Positions 10,489-20,394 of a DNA stretch of 64,000 nt are shown here, in pieces. The position numbers and the translations under genes are program-made. The DNA lies in the NCBI GenBank assembly GCA_964291415.2, contig OZ219917.1, positions 384,001 through 448,000 on the forward strand, written 5' to 3'. Source of the stretch: Alphaproteobacteria bacterium. GTDB lineage: Bacteria > Pseudomonadota > Alphaproteobacteria > SP197. The notes beneath the pieces were generated by a model. That model had not been told where the DNA came from. It saw only the letters and a program-made list of their open reading frames with translations, and did no database searches. Position 1 is the first letter of the stretch. Every line of letters begins with the position of its first letter.

Positions 10489-11376
10489 TCAGGCCTGGCC
10501 TGCGTCAATGATGCCGCGGCGGATATCCCGGCTTCTGCGGAAAAGATCCTCGAGTTCCTCGCCCTCGCCCCAGCGAATGGCGCGCTGGAGCCTGGAGAGA
10601 TCCTCGCTGAACCGCTGGAGCATTTCGAGGACGGCTTCGCGGTTGTGGAGGTAGACGTCGCGCCACATCACGGGATCCTGGGCGGCGATCCTTGTGAAGT
10701 CCCTGAATCCGCTTGCCGAATACTTGATGACCTCTTGCCTGGTGTGGTTTTCCATGTCGGCGACGGTGCCGACGATGTTGAAGGCGATCAGTGTCGGGAG
10801 ATGGGAGGTCAGCGCCATCACCCAGTCGTGGTGTTCGGCATCGATGATATCGATCATGGAACCGGCACGGCGCCACAGTTCGGAGACCCTTTCGATGGCT
10901 TCGGGAGCGGTGCCGTCGAGGGGCGTCAGCACGCACCAGCGGCCCTCGAACAGGGTGTCGAAACCGCTTTCCGGACCCGACTCTTCCGTTCCGGCCAGAG
11001 GATGGCCGGGAACAAAGTGGACGCCCTCCGGAATGGCAGGCGCCACGTCGCGGATGACAGCCTGTTTCACGGACCCCACGTCTGTCACGATCTGACCCGG
11101 TTCCAGGACAGGCGCGATGGTTCGGGCGATCATGCCGTTGGTGCCGATTGGAGTGGAAATGACCACCAGGTCGGCGCCGCGGGCAGCCGCGGCATGGTCC
11201 TTCGTGACCATGTCGGCCAGACCCAGTCTGGTGACCGTGTCCAGGGTCGAATCACGTTGCGCACAGGCGACGATTCGCCGGGCAAGGCCCTTGCGGCGAA
11301 TGACCCGTGCGAGCGAGGAGCCGATCAGGCCGATGCCGATCAGGCAGACCGTATCGAACAGCGGTTCGCGGGTCAT
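10489..11376 (-). CDS. tyrA: Prephenate/cyclohexadienyl dehydrogenase
   Basis: GIGLIGSS Rossmann motif, TDVGSVK, HPLAGTEESG, SHLP, GFRDFTRIAA; coupled to hisC. Confidence 0.92.
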   Translation of the reverse strand: MTREPLFDTVCLIGIGLIGSSLARVIRRKGLARRIVACAQRDSTLDTVTRLGLADMVTKDHAAAARGADLVVISTPIGTNGMIARTIAPVLEPGQIVTDVGSVKQAVIRDVAPAIPEGVHFVPGHPLAGTEESGPESGFDTLFEGRWCVLTPLDGTAPEAIERVSELWRRAGSMIDIIDAEHHDWVMALTSHLPTLIAFNIVGTVADMENHTRQEVIKYSASGFRDFTRIAAQDPVMWRDVYLHNREAVLEMLQRFSEDLSRLQRAIRWGEGEELEDLFRRSRDIRRGIIDAGQA

Positions 11377-12470
11377 GTCCTGCCCATGAAGCGGCCGAGG
11401 CTGTCAATGAGCGCTTCCATTTCGTCGTCGAGACCGATGTTGATCCGCAGGCCGTCGGGGATTCCGTAGGCGCCGAGGTCTCGGACGAGAATGGCCTGCG
11501 ACGCCAGAAACCGCTCCGCGGCCGCGGCCTGGGAAGGACCGCCCGGGAACCGCGCCAGGACGAAATTGACGACGCTCTCGGGAACATCGAGCCCGATGGC
11601 CTGCAGGCGTCGGGTGAGCTCGGGCAGCCAGCGTCCGTTGTGCTCGATGGCGCGCTGCAGGTGGTCGGGATCGTCCAGTGCCGCGGTCGCCGCAGCCTGG
11701 CCTACGGCATTGACGTTGAAGGGACCGCGGACCCTGTGAAGCGCGTCGACGACATCCGGCGGACCGTACATCCAGCCGACCCTGAGGCCGGCCAGGGAGT
11801 AGACCTTGGAGAATGTGCGCGTCATGACCGTGTTGGCGCTGTCGTGCACGAGTTCGGCTCCGGCACTGTAGTCGTCGCGGGTGACGAACTCGGCGTAGGC
11901 GGAATCGATCACGAGAAGAACGTGATCGGGCAGGCCGGCCCGCAGCCTGGCAACGTCGCTGGCCGGGATGACGCTGCCGGTCGGATTGTTGGGATTGGCA
12001 AGGAAGACAAGTTTCGTCCTTTCGGTGACCGCCGCCAGCATGGCCTCGACATCCACCCGGAAGGCCCGTTCCGGAGCAGTGACGGGCGTTGCCCCGGCCG
12101 CCAGGGCCGCGATCGGATAGATGGCAAAGCCGTACTGGCTGTAAAGGACCTCGTCGCCCGGACCGGCATAGATGCGCGGCAACAGCTGGAGAAGCTCATC
12201 TGATCCGTTGCTGCATACGATTCGGTCCGGGTCGAGATCCCAGTGCCGGGCAATGGCCTCGCGAAGGTCATGGGCACTGCCGTCTGGATAGCGTACCACC
12301 CCGGCCGCTGCCGATTGCGCTGCCTCGATGGCGCGCGGACTGGGTCCGAGAGCCGACTCGTTCGAAGACAGCTTGATCACGCGGCGGCCCTGAGAGTCGA
12401 TGACGGAACTTCTCCCGGGCACGTAGGCCTTGATGTCGAGAATGCCGGCCCGTGGTGCGGGTTCGTTCAT
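11373..12470 (-). CDS. hisC: Histidinol-phosphate aminotransferase
   Basis: KLSSNES, YPD, NGSDE, ANPNNPTG, RTFSKVYSLAGLRVG (PLP lysine). Confidence 0.95.
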   Translation of the reverse strand: MNEPAPRAGILDIKAYVPGRSSVIDSQGRRVIKLSSNESALGPSPRAIEAAQSAAAGVVRYPDGSAHDLREAIARHWDLDPDRIVCSNGSDELLQLLPRIYAGPGDEVLYSQYGFAIYPIAALAAGATPVTAPERAFRVDVEAMLAAVTERTKLVFLANPNNPTGSVIPASDVARLRAGLPDHVLLVIDSAYAEFVTRDDYSAGAELVHDSANTVMTRTFSKVYSLAGLRVGWMYGPPDVVDALHRVRGPFNVNAVGQAAATAALDDPDHLQRAIEHNGRWLPELTRRLQAIGLDVPESVVNFVLARFPGGPSQAAAAERFLASQAILVRDLGAYGIPDGLRINIGLDDEMEALIDSLGRFMGRT

Positions 12471-12483
12471 GGTTTTCCCGGAA

Positions 12484-13230
12484 TCACTGCTGAAACGGTG
12501 CGGGATAGGACCCCAGGACCATGCCAGTCAAGGAATCCGTGAGAATGCGGCGCTCTTCATCTCCCTGGTGCCAGCCGTCGAGAGTGGTGATCCGGGCTTG
12601 CGACACGGCATCAGCCGAATCATCGAAGACGGCGATCACGGTCCGGTCGTCTCCCGAAGGTTCAGGAGCGTCCGCCGACAGCACGAACGCCTCGCAGCGC
12701 GACCCGGATTCAGGTGCCGGAGGGACAAACGGAAGCAGGGCCACGATATGGAGTGCGGCGCGTCCCTGGCCGGCAAGCAGGTGAAGGGCGTCCTGGTCCC
12801 CGGCCGGAATCACGGCCAGCCGGTCACGGCCTTCCGCGACCCGTTGCATGGCCGCGATGGCGTCTTCGGTTTCAGGCATCAGGGTGCTCGAACCGTAGAA
12901 ATCGCGTGCGGTGTCGCGCAGGCCGGCTTGCGATCCACCCACCACAACCGAGAAGGCGCCCTGGAGCGGCAACAGGGCGCACAGCATTTCACGCCACATG
13001 CGCACCAGTGCGGTCGGCGGAAAGACGCCGCGGTTGCGGGCAAGGAGGCGGCGCAGGATGATCGCTTCGCGGCCCGGCCTGAGGAAGCGATGCAGCGTGC
13101 CCGCTTCCGACTTGGCCGCCGTGATCTCGTCGACGAGTTCGACGCGGCGCAAGATGAGATCGAGAATACCGTCATCGACAGTATCGATCTCCCGGCGCAG
13201 GCGGGCGAGGGTGTGTTCGGGCGTTGTCAG
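12484..13230 (-). CDS. Chorismate mutase (AroQ domain plus C-terminal extension), probable CTG start
   Basis: The AroQ helix LARLRREIDTVDDGILDLILRRVELV lies upstream of the ORF-track start at 13152; RPGREA motif; usual position upstream of hisC-tyrA. Confidence 0.8.
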   Translation of the reverse strand: MTTPEHTLARLRREIDTVDDGILDLILRRVELVDEITAAKSEAGTLHRFLRPGREAIILRRLLARNRGVFPPTALVRMWREMLCALLPLQGAFSVVVGGSQAGLRDTARDFYGSSTLMPETEDAIAAMQRVAEGRDRLAVIPAGDQDALHLLAGQGRAALHIVALLPFVPPAPESGSRCEAFVLSADAPEPSGDDRTVIAVFDDSADAVSQARITTLDGWHQGDEERRILTDSLTGMVLGSYPAPFQQ

Positions 13231-13307
13231 CGTGATGCCCCGGATGATGTGTTGGGTCGGGAATGTTGTTTAGGTGACATCGTCACCAAAGGCAAAGCCG
13301 GACGGGG

Positions 13308-14309
13308 TCAGCGGGATCTGCCGCGACCGGTTCGAGACCCGCCGAAGCGAGAGAAGGTGCGTCGGTAGGCCGTCGGCGTGGTTCCCACCAGACGCCGAAA
13401 GTGATGCCGCAGTGTTTCGGCCGCGCCAAGACCTGAGCGCGTCGCGATCTCGTCGATGGTCAACGCGGTGGTTTCCGCCAGGTGCCGTGCCCGGTCGACG
13501 CGCTGCCGGGTCAGCCAGTCGCCGGGCGTCGAACCCGTTGTTTCCCGAAAGTGCCGCTGGAAGCTGCGCATGCTCATGCCGGCCTGCCGGGCGAGGTCGG
13601 CGACGCGGAGATCCTCGTCGAGGTGGGCGGGCAGCCACTCGAGCAACCTGCCCAATCCCTCGGCCTTCGCGTCCGTGACGACCGGCGTCTCGACGAACTG
13701 CATCTGGCCCCCGTCACGATGCGGCGCCAGGACGAGTCGCCGGGCGACGTTGTTGGCGACTGCCGCGCCGTGATCGCAACGCACCATGTGGAGACAGAGG
13801 TCGAGCCCCGCCGCGCTGCCGGCCGAGGTCAGAACCGGTCCTTCGTCGACGTAGAGCACGTCGGGGTCGACATCGATGTGTGGAAAGCGGCGCGCCAACG
13901 CATCCGTGTAGCGCCAGTGGGTGGTGGCGCGCCGGCCGTCCAGTACGCCGGCGGCGGCAAGGAGAAATGCGCCCGAACAGATCGAGGCCAGTCGACCGCC
14001 GCGCTCGACGACCCTTCTCAGCGCGGCCAGCAGCGATGGCGAGGCTGAAGCGTCAGGAGTCTTCCAGCCAGGTACGATGACCGTATCCGCCTCATCGATC
14101 AGTTGCAGGTCGCAGGGGGCCTGCAAGGTGAGTCCGCCTGCCGCTTCCAGGGGTCCGGGCTCGACCGCACAGACCTCGAACCGGTACCAGGGCCGGTCCA
14201 GTTCCGGCCGAGGCAGGCCGAAGATCTCGTAGGCGCAGCCGAACTCGAATGTACACAGGCCGTCGTAGACCAGCGCGACGACGGTGGAATGCGGGTGCGT
14301 GTCGACCAT
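13308..14309 (-). CDS. AraC/GlxA-family transcriptional regulator with DJ-1/PfpI domain (FtrA-like)
   Basis: YDGLCTFEFG, SICSGAF, ATTHW, TSAGSAAGLDLCLH, C-terminal AraC double HTH. Confidence 0.9.
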   Translation of the reverse strand: MVDTHPHSTVVALVYDGLCTFEFGCAYEIFGLPRPELDRPWYRFEVCAVEPGPLEAAGGLTLQAPCDLQLIDEADTVIVPGWKTPDASASPSLLAALRRVVERGGRLASICSGAFLLAAAGVLDGRRATTHWRYTDALARRFPHIDVDPDVLYVDEGPVLTSAGSAAGLDLCLHMVRCDHGAAVANNVARRLVLAPHRDGGQMQFVETPVVTDAKAEGLGRLLEWLPAHLDEDLRVADLARQAGMSMRSFQRHFRETTGSTPGDWLTRQRVDRARHLAETTALTIDEIATRSGLGAAETLRHHFRRLVGTTPTAYRRTFSRFGGSRTGRGRSR

Positions 14310-14408
14310 TCTGGCAGGATCTTACCGATATCGGGCATTTGCGCCACTCGTCAATCGTGGGCGGCATCCGGAGACTGCTCGTTCCAGTTTCCTCATCGGG
14401 GATCGCCA

Positions 14409-15005
14409 ATGCTTCGACTCTACGACAACCATCTGTCCGGCAATGGCTACAAGCCGAGGCTGCTGCTCGCCCACCTGGGAAGGGCGTACGAGCCGGTCGA
14501 GATCGACATCCTGAAGGGCGAGAGCCGGACCGCGGCATTCCTCGCCCGCAATCCCAATGGACGGATTCCCGTCCTTGAGCTCGATGACGGCATCTGCATC
14601 GCCGAATCCAATGCCATTCTTCATTTTCTTGCGGAGGGTTCGCGGTTTCTGCCGCCGGACCCGCTGGCCCATGCGCTCACCCTGCAGTGGATGTTCTTCG
14701 AGCAGTACAGCCACGAGCCGTTCATTGCGGTTGCACGCCACTGGATCCGGCACACGGGAATGTCCGAAGCGCAGCGTGGCCAGCTTCCCGACAAGCTCGA
14801 GGGAGGACACGCCGCACTCGCGGTCATGGAGGGGCGCCTTTCCCGGTCCGACTGGTTCGTCGGCACCGCAATGACCATCGCCGACATCGCTCTCTATGCC
14901 TACACCCACGTCGCGGACGAAGGCGGATTCGATCTCACCGGGTACCCGGCCGTGCGCGACTGGCTCGTCCGGGTCCGTGAGCAGCCGGGTCACGTTCCCA
15001 TGTGA
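14409..15005 (+). CDS. Glutathione S-transferase family protein
   Basis: MLRLYDNHLSGNGYK, NPNGRIPVL, ESNAIL, WMFFEQYSHEP, TIADIALYAY. Confidence 0.9.
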   Translation: MLRLYDNHLSGNGYKPRLLLAHLGRAYEPVEIDILKGESRTAAFLARNPNGRIPVLELDDGICIAESNAILHFLAEGSRFLPPDPLAHALTLQWMFFEQYSHEPFIAVARHWIRHTGMSEAQRGQLPDKLEGGHAALAVMEGRLSRSDWFVGTAMTIADIALYAYTHVADEGGFDLTGYPAVRDWLVRVREQPGHVPM

Positions 15006-15284
15006 TGTGTCCGGCAACCGGCACCTGGCGCGCGGCATCGCGAGTGCCGGTCCGTGCCCGGCGGCGCAAGGCCGCCTGTTTCTCGACCTCGGCGGTCCAT
15101 GGAGGCTGGCACGATCATCGAAGCGGCGCTCTGGTGTTCGGTCGTGGCATGCCGGCGACGGCCGACGAAGTGCGCCGGACGAAGGCTTGACAGGCCGGTG
15201 TCCGGTCTCCATACAGCCCTCCACGCTCCGCTGACTACAATCTCAGGTTCATGGCGCCTGACCACACGGCGGAATGAGTTCGAC

Positions 15285-16448
15285 ATGGCAGAGGCTCCCA
15301 AGGCCGTTCACGAAATCCAGGATGATCTTCCCGGGCCACGCGCCGAACTGGCCGGAGGCGCGGCTGTCAGGCTTGAGTCCGGTGAGAGGCTGGGACCGGT
15401 GCGTGTCGCCTACCAGACCTGGGGAACCCTGAACGACGCCAGGAACAACACGGTACTGATCTGTCATGCCTTGACGGGCGATCAGTATGCCTTCGGCACC
15501 CACCCCGTCACCGGAAAGAACGGATGGTGGGAATCGATGGTGGGACCAGGCAAGCCGATCGACACGGACCGTTTCCATGTCGTGTGTCCGAACTGTCTTG
15601 GCGGTTGCATGGGAACGACGGGACCGGCGGCCGTCGATCCTGCAACGGGTGAACTCTACGGCACGTCGTTTCCGATCATCACCATCGGCGACATGGTCAA
15701 TGTGCAGGCGATGCTTCTCGATCACCTCGGCATCGAAAAGGTCATGTGCGTGATCGGTGGTTCGATGGGCGCCATGCAGGTTCTCGACTGGGCGGCCCGC
15801 TACCCCGACCGGGTTGTCAGCGCCGTGCCGATTGCCGGTGCCGCCCGTCATTCGGCGCAGAACATTGCATTCCACGAAGTCGGCCGTCAGGCCATCATGG
15901 CTGATCCCAACTGGTGCGGCGGATTCTACTATCGCGAGGGAAAGCGTCCGGAGAAGGGCCTCTCCGTTGCCAGGATGGCGGCTCACATCACCTATCTTTC
16001 GGAGCCGGCGCTGTGGCGCAAGTTCGGTCGCGAACTGCAGAACCGCTACATGAAGTCCTATGAGGGATTCGGCGCCGATTTCCAGGTCGAGAGCTATCTG
16101 CGCCACCAGGGCGCCAGCTTTGTCGAGCGTTTCGATGCCAACGCCTATCTCTACATCACCCGTGCCATGGACTACTTCGATCTCGAGGCCGACCACGGCG
16201 GGGATCTCGCGAAAGCCTGGCAGGGGACGAAGGCGCGTTTCCTGCTGACGAGTTTCACCAGTGACTGGCTGTTTCCGACCTCCGAGAGCAAGGAGGTCCT
16301 GCATTCCCTCATCCGTGCCGGAGTCAACGTCAGTTTCGTGGAGATCGAGAGCGACAAGGGCCACGATGCCTTCCTGCTCGACGAACCGGACCTGTTCGAG
16401 ACCACGGCGGGCTTTCTCGACAGTGTCGCGCGCGACCTCGGCTTCTAG
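15285..16448 (+). CDS. metX: Homoserine O-acetyltransferase
   Basis: CHALTGD, GGSMG nucleophile motif, RFDAN, DWLFP, GHDAFLL; start ATG 15285. Confidence 0.95.
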   Translation: MAEAPKAVHEIQDDLPGPRAELAGGAAVRLESGERLGPVRVAYQTWGTLNDARNNTVLICHALTGDQYAFGTHPVTGKNGWWESMVGPGKPIDTDRFHVVCPNCLGGCMGTTGPAAVDPATGELYGTSFPIITIGDMVNVQAMLLDHLGIEKVMCVIGGSMGAMQVLDWAARYPDRVVSAVPIAGAARHSAQNIAFHEVGRQAIMADPNWCGGFYYREGKRPEKGLSVARMAAHITYLSEPALWRKFGRELQNRYMKSYEGFGADFQVESYLRHQGASFVERFDANAYLYITRAMDYFDLEADHGGDLAKAWQGTKARFLLTSFTSDWLFPTSESKEVLHSLIRAGVNVSFVEIESDKGHDAFLLDEPDLFETTAGFLDSVARDLGF

Positions 16449-16618
16449 TCTCCTGACCGGAAAGGGTGGCAAAGCATGACCATTGACCTTGCTGGAGGAG
16501 AAAGCGGCGGCAGCGGAATCGTGACGCCCCCGCAACCGATTGCTTCCGCCTGCGCGCTCCCGATGCCGCAGAACGCGGGATGCCCGTCACGGGAGCGTCA
16601 CGACCGGGCCATTGGACC

Positions 16619-17305
16619 ATGAGTCTCCTGGCCGGCGCGAGGGACCGCTTCATCCTCGGAGAGAACCGCTTCGGCCTGAGGCCGGATCTCGGGCTGGTGG
16701 CCAGCATGATCGAGCCGGGATCGCGCATTCTCGATGTCGGATGCGGCGACGGCGCCCTGCTCGACTATCTCGTCAGGGAACTCGACTGCGACGGTCGCGG
16801 CATGGAGATCTCCCAGGCCGGAGTCAATGCCTGCGTGGCCCGCGGACTGCCCGCCGTCCAGGGGGATGCGGACCGCCACCTTGTCGACTATCCCGATGAC
16901 AGTTTCGACTGTGTCATCCTGAGCCACACGCTGCAGGCTGTGCACCGGCCAAGCGAGGTCCTGCGCCAGATGATGCGCATTGCCGACGTCGCCATCGTTT
17001 CCATTCTCAACTTCGGGCACTGGAGAGCGAGACTCTCGCTGGTGACCCGCGGGCGCATGCCCCACACCCGCTTTCTCCCGGAGCCCTGGTTCATGACCAG
17101 CACCATTCGTCCATGCACGGTGCGTGACTTCATGGACCTCGTGCGTCTCGAGGGTCTGTCGACGGGCGACTGCTACGGCATCGCGAAGGAGCGGGAGGTC
17201 ACGGTGATCCGCAGCGGTTTCGAGGGACAGGCGAACCTCTTTGCCGAGCAGGCGGTCTTCGAAGTGCTGCCGGCCAAGAAGCGGAAGGCGGGCCGCCGAT
17301 CCTGA
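16619..17305 (+). CDS. metW: Methionine biosynthesis protein MetW
   Basis: LRPDL, ILDVGCGDGALL, LSHTLQAV, NFGHWRAR; downstream of metX. Confidence 0.9.
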   Translation: MSLLAGARDRFILGENRFGLRPDLGLVASMIEPGSRILDVGCGDGALLDYLVRELDCDGRGMEISQAGVNACVARGLPAVQGDADRHLVDYPDDSFDCVILSHTLQAVHRPSEVLRQMMRIADVAIVSILNFGHWRARLSLVTRGRMPHTRFLPEPWFMTSTIRPCTVRDFMDLVRLEGLSTGDCYGIAKEREVTVIRSGFEGQANLFAEQAVFEVLPAKKRKAGRRS

Positions 17306-17338
17306 CCGGGCTCCCTGCGGCATGGACGGGACACCCTG

Positions 17339-18103
17339 TCAGGACGTGATCGACAGGGTCCCGTTGCCGTGACCCGAGCGGGCCGGCTGGATCCGGTCCG
17401 GTCGGGCGACAAGCCGTTGGAGCCGGAACCGCCTGGCGACGGGGATGGCGCCATGGACCTCCTTGATGGCTTCCACGAGGAGGACACCGGGCCACGGCAG
17501 CCCCCACTTTCGTCCGACGCGCTCCCATGCCGGCGCCGACCAGAGCGAAAGACCCCTGTGACTGGGGGGAACGTAGATGGCGCGCTCGGCCGCCCGCGGA
17601 GTGAACATGGATTCCTTCAGGAGACGGTTGATCTGACGCTCGGTGAAGGGATAGCCATGGCCGAATGGCGTGTGGTCGGCCCTGGCCCAGATACCGCCAC
17701 GATAGGCAACGATGACGACGAGGCGCCCCGACGGTGTCAGGACGCGCCAGAGTTCGCGCATCGCGGCAGTGCGCGGCTCGCAGTGTTCCAGGGCATGGAC
17801 CAGAAGAACGCGATCCACGGACTGGTCGGGAAGGGGAAGCGCATCCTCGGCGATGAGACAGGTCTTGCTCAGCCCCTCCGCCGGCCAGCGGATCGCGCCC
17901 TGCATGGCTGGCGACAGGGCGAGAACCCGTTCAGCCTCGTTGCGGAAAACGGCGAGGAAGGGCGAGGTGTATCCCAGGCCTGCGATCCGCAAGCCGGTGA
18001 CGTCGGGCCAGAAGGCGCGAATGCGGGCCAGCACCAGCCTGCGGGTGATTCCTCCAAGGCGACTGGAATAGAAGGAGTCGAGTTCGGAAGCGTCCTGATA
18101 CAT
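17339..18103 (-). CDS. Class I SAM-dependent methyltransferase (type 11)
   Basis: FYSSRLG, GLGYTSPFL, LPLPDQSVDRVLLVHALE, TPFGHGYPF; start ATG 18103. Confidence 0.85.
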   Translation of the reverse strand: MYQDASELDSFYSSRLGGITRRLVLARIRAFWPDVTGLRIAGLGYTSPFLAVFRNEAERVLALSPAMQGAIRWPAEGLSKTCLIAEDALPLPDQSVDRVLLVHALEHCEPRTAAMRELWRVLTPSGRLVVIVAYRGGIWARADHTPFGHGYPFTERQINRLLKESMFTPRAAERAIYVPPSHRGLSLWSAPAWERVGRKWGLPWPGVLLVEAIKEVHGAIPVARRFRLQRLVARPDRIQPARSGHGNGTLSITS

Positions 18104-18246
18104 TCCCTCACCGGGTGCAACCCGCCGATCGAGCATAACCGAATTCGACAGAGAGAACCGTTGTCGCTCCGGCAGGCGGTTGTGGCGTCCAACGGTTTGT
18201 CCTCCTATCCTCGATGGATGATTGAAACCCGCCATGCGGAGGATCC

Positions 18247-18848
18247 ATGAAGCTCTATTTCAGCGCGACGTCGCCGTTTGTGAGGAAGGTGATGGTGGCC
18301 GCTCACGAAAGGGGGTGGCTCATCGCTTCGAACTGACAGGTCCACAGGTGGCAGCGCCCGGCAGCCTTCGCTCGGACAACCCCCTGGAAAAGGTTCCCAC
18401 GCTGGTTCTGGACGATGGCCGCAGACTCTTCGACAGCTTCGTCATCGTCGAATGGCTCAACTCCTGCGGCAGTGGACCGAACCTGATACCGGCCGACGCC
18501 CGCGAACGATCGGACGTCCTGCGCCGGCATGCGCTCGCCGATGGAATCATGGAGGCAGCCGTTTCGAGCGTCATGGAGCGCCGCCGCCCCGAGGAGAGGC
18601 AGTGGGACGGCTTCCTTGCTCACCAGCGTGGCAAGATCGAGCGGGCCATCGCGAGTCTCGATCGCGAGGCGGACGCCTTCGCCGGAACGGTCGATCTCTC
18701 GACGATCACCGTCGGCGCGGCGCTCGGCTATGTGAGCTTCCGCCTTGCGGACCTCGACTGGAGAACCGGCCACGGGTCTCTTGAGCGATGGTTCGCGGAG
18801 TTTTCGCAGAGACCGTCCATGACCTCGACCGAGCCCCACGATCCGTGA
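18247..18848 (+). pseudogene. Glutathione S-transferase family gene with a 1-nt frameshift (pseudogene or assembly error)
   Basis: GGAGG RBS and ATG 18247 give MKLYFSATSPFVRKVMVAAHE. The continuation (NPLEKVPTLVLDDG, FDSFVIVEWL) is in the -1 frame after AAAGGGGG at 18308-18315. Confidence 0.8.
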
Positions 18849-19510
18849 CCTACGATGCCATCTGCCGGGCGCTCGAGCCGTACGGGCTTATCGCCAGGGG
18901 TGGATTCGCACCGGACGCCAACGACGGCCTTGGCAGCGATGCGGCCTGTGTCGTGATGGTCGGCAATGCCGGTCCGGCCATGTGGCGGAGCTTCGCGGCA
19001 CTCCCGCAAACCGGCAAGGACCCGATGAACCTCTGGACCCGCAAGGTTCTCGGCGCCATCGCCCGCACCTTCGGATGCGAGGTCGTCTTCCCCTTCGAGG
19101 GTCCGCCGTGGCGGCCTTTCCAGCGCTGGGCGATGCGCGCCGAAGCCGTGTCCGTTTCTCCCGTCGGCATCCTGATCCATCCCGAATTCGGACTCTGGCA
19201 TGCCTATCGCGGCGCGTTTGTCTTCCGCGAACCGATCGCGGATCTTCCGCCGCGGGACGACACCGCAAGCCCCTGCGAGACCTGTGACGAACGGCCCTGT
19301 CTTTCGACCTGTCCGGTCCATGCCTTCGACGCCGGTTCCTACGACGTTCCGGCCTGTCGGCGTCATCTGCAGTCATCCGAAGGTTCGGACTGCATGAATC
19401 TTGGATGCCGGGCCCGGCGCGCCTGTCCCGTCGGCCGTTCCTATCACTACCACGCCGGACAGGCACGGTTTCACATGGAGGCATTCCTCTCCTCCGCTCC
19501 ACGGCCATGA
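18845..19510 (+). CDS. 4Fe-4S ferredoxin-like protein (conserved in Alphaproteobacteria, QueG-like cysteine pattern)
   Basis: PFQRWA, IHPEFGLWHAYRGA, CETCDERPCLSTCPV, CRARRACPVG; GTGA overlap with the GST stop. Confidence 0.75.
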   Translation: MTYDAICRALEPYGLIARGGFAPDANDGLGSDAACVVMVGNAGPAMWRSFAALPQTGKDPMNLWTRKVLGAIARTFGCEVVFPFEGPPWRPFQRWAMRAEAVSVSPVGILIHPEFGLWHAYRGAFVFREPIADLPPRDDTASPCETCDERPCLSTCPVHAFDAGSYDVPACRRHLQSSEGSDCMNLGCRARRACPVGRSYHYHAGQARFHMEAFLSSAPRP

Positions 19511-19593
19511 CCCTGTCCTGAAGCCCGCGAGGCCTGCTATGCTGCATCCGCCCGGGAGGACCGGCAATCTGCGGGAGGAGGGCGGAACGATTC

Positions 19594-20394
19594 ATGACAT
19601 CACCACTGTTCAGCATGCACCGCACCCATGGGACCGGTGTACGTTCTTTGGCACCTGCCAGCGTGGTCATGTTGGTCCTCTGCCTGATCACAGCCCCGGG
19701 CGCCGGGGCCCGGACCATCGAAGATGCGCAATTGGCCCTGGCTGAAGGAAGATTCGAGGAAGCAGTTCGAATAGCCGAAACGCTCGATACGTCCGAAGGG
19801 CAGGCGCTTGCAGCGAGGGCGCTTGCGATCCACGCCTACTACATCCTGGAGGAGGAAGACGATACCAGGGAACCACTCCTGCTGCGCGCGATCGAGCTTG
19901 CGAGGAAGGCAGTTGAGCTGGATCCGGGCAATGCCGATGCGTACGTGATGCTGGCCGCCACGCTCGGCCGTCATGCGCAGGTGATCAGTTCCCTGGAGGC
20001 CTCGAACAAGGGATACGCCGAGAAGATCCAGGAGGCTGCGGAAACAGCTCTGGACATCGATCCCGATCTGGTCGCGGCGCACCTCACGCTGGGCCGGTTG
20101 CATTCGGAGCTGATCGGCGTGATGGGCTCGTTCCTGGCACGCACACTTTACGGAGCCCGGGAGGAAGAGGCCCTGGCGCACCTCGAGAGGGCCTTCGAGT
20201 TGGCGCCGGGTGCCAAGGAGGTTGCCCTGGAGTATGCGCTGGGTCTTCTGATGCTGGATGATGACGAGTACCGGATGAGGGCGCACGAGCTCCTGGTTCT
20301 TGCCGTCGAGATCCCGACCGGAGACGCGTATCAGGCCATCGTCCACGGCGAGGCGGTCAAGCACCTCGAAAGCCTGGAAGGCGGTGGTGGCTGA
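19594..20394 (+). CDS. Exported TPR-like helical repeat protein
   Basis: GGAGG RBS, hydrophobic signal-like segment, TPR-like repeats (ARKAVELDPGNADAY, ETALDIDPDLVAAH, ERAFELAPG). Confidence 0.65.
   Translation: MTSPLFSMHRTHGTGVRSLAPASVVMLVLCLITAPGAGARTIEDAQLALAEGRFEEAVRIAETLDTSEGQALAARALAIHAYYILEEEDDTREPLLLRAIELARKAVELDPGNADAYVMLAATLGRHAQVISSLEASNKGYAEKIQEAAETALDIDPDLVAAHLTLGRLHSELIGVMGSFLARTLYGAREEEALAHLERAFELAPGAKEVALEYALGLLMLDDDEYRMRAHELLVLAVEIPTGDAYQAIVHGEAVKHLESLEGGGG

Noticed and set aside
11063-11078. TGTTTCACG half parS inside tyrA
   Set aside because: The second half is not palindromic (GACCCCA), so it is a chance half-site.
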